In this document: positions 61,501 through 64,000 of the stretch, one piece after another
Layout of the letters: every line of letters starts with the position of its first letter
Position numbering within the stretch: position 1 is the stretch's first letter
Assembly: GCA_010909165.1 (NCBI GenBank)
Contig: MU008157.1
Span: 806,001-870,000 of the forward strand
Source of the DNA: Anthoceros angustus
Taxonomy: Eukaryota; Plantae; Anthocerotophyta
Reading direction: 5' to 3'
Length of the DNA: 64,000 nucleotides
The notes under the pieces: model-generated
Told to the model about the DNA's origin: nothing
The model's database searches: none
What the model saw: the letters and a program-made list of their open reading frames with translations, nothing else
Position numbers and translations under genes: made by a program

Positions 61501-61877
61501 TCAATGCATCTCTTGAGCACAGGATAGAGCAGAGTGCTATCAACAAAAGACCCGGCCTGCACCAGATGGTCCAACGCTTCCACAGCCACATGTAGCTTCT
61601 GCCCGTCCACACAAGTTCTTCTCCAGGTTTCAACCTCTGAATCCCTTCGGCTGCTTGCGAGCCTGCAAGCTCGAGCTCCACCCCTTGAAGCCGAACCTCC
61701 AGGAGAAGCAATCCTGAACTCAGCATCGAGCCCAACAGGCTTGGGCTTCTCCGGTGGAATCTTCCAGCTGAGGGACACGAGTCCATCATCGATTAGTACT
61801 CGCTGCTGGGCTATCGAGAGAGGGGGCGCTATATATGGGTGCAGGCGGCTGACACCCATCAGACCCAGAGTAACCAT
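58593..61877 (-). CDS. PLS-class PPR protein with a DYW:KP domain ending DRP; candidate U-to-C editing factor
   Basis: Intronless, 1094 aa, with a transit-like leader. WKKPAKACIEV, CGHAEKLALAYGLL, KNLRMCNDCH, CSCGDRP. Confidence 0.95.
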   Translation of the reverse strand: MVTLGLMGVSRLHPYIAPPLSIAQQRVLIDDGLVSLSWKIPPEKPKPVGLDAEFRIASPGGSASRGGARACRLASSRRDSEVETWRRTCVDGQKLHVAVEALDHLVQAGSFVDSTLLYPVLKRCIEEQDLALGRRVHALTVRSGNGSDSFLANHLVRMYAAHARLEEAMQVFADMAAPNTFVWASIIKTHSDHGQPLQAIELFRGMRQSGVRPNDCAYVAVLKACACAEDIVSGKEVHADIMRSGEQTSMFVSTCLVKMYAQCGRLEDARTVFDKMPTKDVVAWTTMIAGYAHGWLGQEALNLYAAMQLDVLSPANQLTFIALLKACATIGDVHQGKQLHVVIQKRGLETDIVVGNCLVDMYSKCGSLEDARKLFHSMLRRDVVTWNTMITGYAQHGLGQDALDLYADRKQECIDVANHFTYSGLLNACASVRALPQGEELHSLIQERGLEADLVVGNCLVDMYAKCGSLDNARRVFDKLPTRDVVTWNTMIGGYTQHGLSQEALDLYARMQEEGLTEANDVTFSCLFKACASVGALHKGKQIHMLVQQRELEVDLVMGNCLMDMYSKCGSLEDARLVFHSLPTKDVVTWTSMITGYAQHGLSDEALSLYEDMQRAGITLANHVTFVSLLKACASVGALHQGKQLHTLIRERGLEADLAVGNCLVDMYSKCGCIQDARLMFDKMRTRDVVTWTSMIGGYAMHGLGQEALDLYAIMQQEGLNEPNRVTFLCLLKACTMVGAAHQGKQIHGVIRERGLEADAAISSCLVDMYAKCGSLESARSLFDRLPARDVVTWNALLNGYAEHGDGQKAILCFEEMEQQGVKPNAATFISLLVACSHKGLVSEGQAYFKQMVEVHGLVPTDCHHNCMVDLLGRSGNLDEAEVLLQTTRFENEVVGWTSLLSSCKCHGDVGRAQRCFNRLVTLEPENASPYMLLGNVYAKSGRWEDVENLEGLRKAAGAWKKPAKACIEVKNKVHEFIVGEERADISSKLESLNVRMKNEGGHVPQKDLVLKAVSDSEKEDALCGHAEKLALAYGLLNTSDGTSLLVTKNLRMCNDCHSSTKILSHLENREIIVRDAHRVHHFLNGSCSCGDRP

Positions 61878-61946
61878 TCCTCACTTGGATGTCTTAGCCT
61901 ATATAGACCCGATTGAGGCCTCTTCAGAAGTGGGGCATGCGCAACC

Positions 61947-64000
61947 ATGGCGGACACGGTGCGCTACCACTTGGAGCGCATGCTCCCCGAGCTCGAAGAT
62001 TTCGAGAAGCGCGGTCTGTTTTTCCCAGCCGAGATCAAGGAAATCGTGAAGAGGCGTAGCAACTTTGAATACCTGCTCAAGAGGCACGCGGTGCTCAAGC
62101 AAGACTTCCTCAGCTACATCCAGTACGAGCAGCAGCTGGAGGCTCTGCGCAAGCTGCGCAAAAAGGCTGTTGTGAGGGGCCTCAAGGCTTCTGGAAAGAG
62201 ATGGCGTTCCTCCCTATCCGATCGCTCCTTGGTAATGCGCATCATGCTCATCTACCAGCGTGCCGTCACCAGGTTCAAGGGCGACCTCAAGCTCTGGCTG
62301 CGGTACATGGAATTTTGCAGGAGCCACGGCCCCCGGCGCCTGCAGAAGGTATCCTTTTGCTTGCATCCCAAAATTGCTGTGTTCCTTGCTCTTGGCACAG
62401 CTGTCTGTGGTGTTCACCTGGATGCGTCGTTGCCTCCTTAGGTCATGGCCAAGGCGTTGCAGCTGCATTCTGCTGTTCCTGGCCTGTGGATGTACGCAGC
62501 AGCCTGGGAATTCGAGCACAACTTAAACGTCGAGGCTGCGAGAGCACTAATGCTGGAGGGCATCCGAGCATGTCCTCAAGCTCAATCCTTGTGGCATGAG
62601 TACTTCAGGATGGAGCTTACATATGCTCAGAAGCTCCAGGCTAGAAGGCTTGTTCTTGGTCTGGATTCAGATTCAGGTGTGAAGACTGACCAAGCACTAG
62701 CTTTGACAGGTGACTCTGCGGCAGCAGCAAGGGCTGAACATCCCACTTATCAAATTGCTCTCACCATTTTCCGGAATGCTGTCGTGAAAATTCCCTCCAG
62801 TATCACTTTTCGATGCCGGTTTGTGGAGCTACTTCAGAGCTTCGATCTAGCGGACGCAGAGAGGATCGAGAATGACATCTGTGAAAGCCTGGAAAAAGAC
62901 TTTCCTACTGATGAGGCTACCTGGGATTGGAAAGCCAGACGACATCTTCGGTCATCAGCCAAGCTAGGTTTTGATGAATCACTTCAAAGGGCAGTCAAGG
63001 TGAGATGTCAGGCCTGCCTTGGGTCGATTGTTCTGAAATATTATATCTGAAACACCCACAGGCTTTGTCAAGAAACTTGAAGGATGCTCCCCTCCACACC
63101 AGCTGCTCTTGTGTGTCTCAGAGAATGATCAACGGTTCTTGTGTAGGTGTATGAAGATGCTCTGAAGTCAGTGTCTACAGTCCGCATGTATGAGCTTTAC
63201 ATCAGATTCCTTGAAGATCTGTTGGATCATGAGGATGTGGGTATGGCAAGTAATGCCACTATTGCAGCTCAGAGAGGATATGACATTGCTGAGAGGCAGC
63301 TACATATTTACAAATCAGCAGCAGAAATGGGCTTGTCTAGTGAGATCGTTGCTCATGGGCACCTTGCCCTTTTGCTTAGGTGGGGCAAGCTTGAGGAGGC
63401 ACAGAAATTGGCTGCTGACTTCTGTGCCCGTTCCTTCCCCAAGTCTTCCAAGCTATGGCATGTACGACTGTCAATGGAGCTGAGAAGGCCCCTGTCGACA
63501 GACACAGAAAGGGGCGATCTCTCGAACCTTTTCCTTCATGCCCTGAAATCTGTCCCTATTGGTGAAGCCAAACCTATCTGGCAGATGGTATGACGACTAA
63601 ACGTGGTTTCCTCCTTCCTCATGGCTTTCGTAGTGCTTTATGCAAACTAAGCTGCCAATCCTTTTGCAACTACAGGCCATGGAGTTCTTCTCGAGGCATG
63701 ACAGCAAGTTTAGCAATCTATTGGAGATTCTAGAAGCAGCTTTTGCAACTGGCAATGCTGGTGGAGCAGGAGCAGATCTAGCGATCATCTTAGCGGATTG
63801 GATCTTACTCAGTCAAGGAATTGAACGAGCTCGCCAGGCTTATAACCGGTACTGCAATCTTCTTCACTGGACTACCCTTCTATGAGATAATATGGTAGCT
63901 TCATTTTCAATGACCTGGAAACCTGACCATGTGCAGCCTGTTAGCTCTACCTGGTCCAAGCATTGACTTGATACGGCATAGCATAACCATAGAGTCACGC
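61947..64000 (+). CDS. UTP6: U3 snoRNA-associated protein 6 (HAT repeats); runs off the right edge
   Basis: MADTVRYHLERMLPELEDFEKRGLF..AEIKEIVKRRSNFEYLLKR, YQRAVTRFKGDLKLW, LWMYAAAWEFEHNLNVEAARALM, LWHEYFRMELTY. Multiple GT-AG exons. Confidence 0.95.

Overview
Compact, intron-rich land-plant nuclear DNA with introns of about 60-230 bp. It is most likely a hornwort (Anthoceros-like); this is an inference from the DYW:KP-type PPR genes, the LL-type PPR motifs, the flagellar genes and the small introns. Host genes in order: TTLL9-like tubulin polyglutamylase (partial, -), a short ARM-repeat protein (+), Rubisco activase (-), HRD3/SEL1L (-), an RMND1/DUF155 protein (+), a broken PLS-PPR with an eroded WW-type DYW and a 1.46-kb internal tandem duplication (-), a group-I bZIP (+), a long coiled-coil protein (+), an SLP-type phosphatase (+), a small HSP (-), a five-gene PPR RNA-editing cluster, and UTP6 (partial, +). 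There are two Ty1/copia remnants. Two regions stand out. (1) At 46.8-61.9 kb, three candidate U-to-C editing DYW:KP genes and two catalytically truncated E+ PPR genes are arranged as a mirror-image duplication of a convergent KP/E+ pair. (2) At 28-35 kb, an accessory island bracketed by a diverged ~345-bp direct repeat carries a decayed ORF that fuses a ParB-like domain to a bacterial-type beta-class N4C/N6A DNA methyltransferase. Local indel errors in the assembly are likely, so frameshifts need confirmation from reads.
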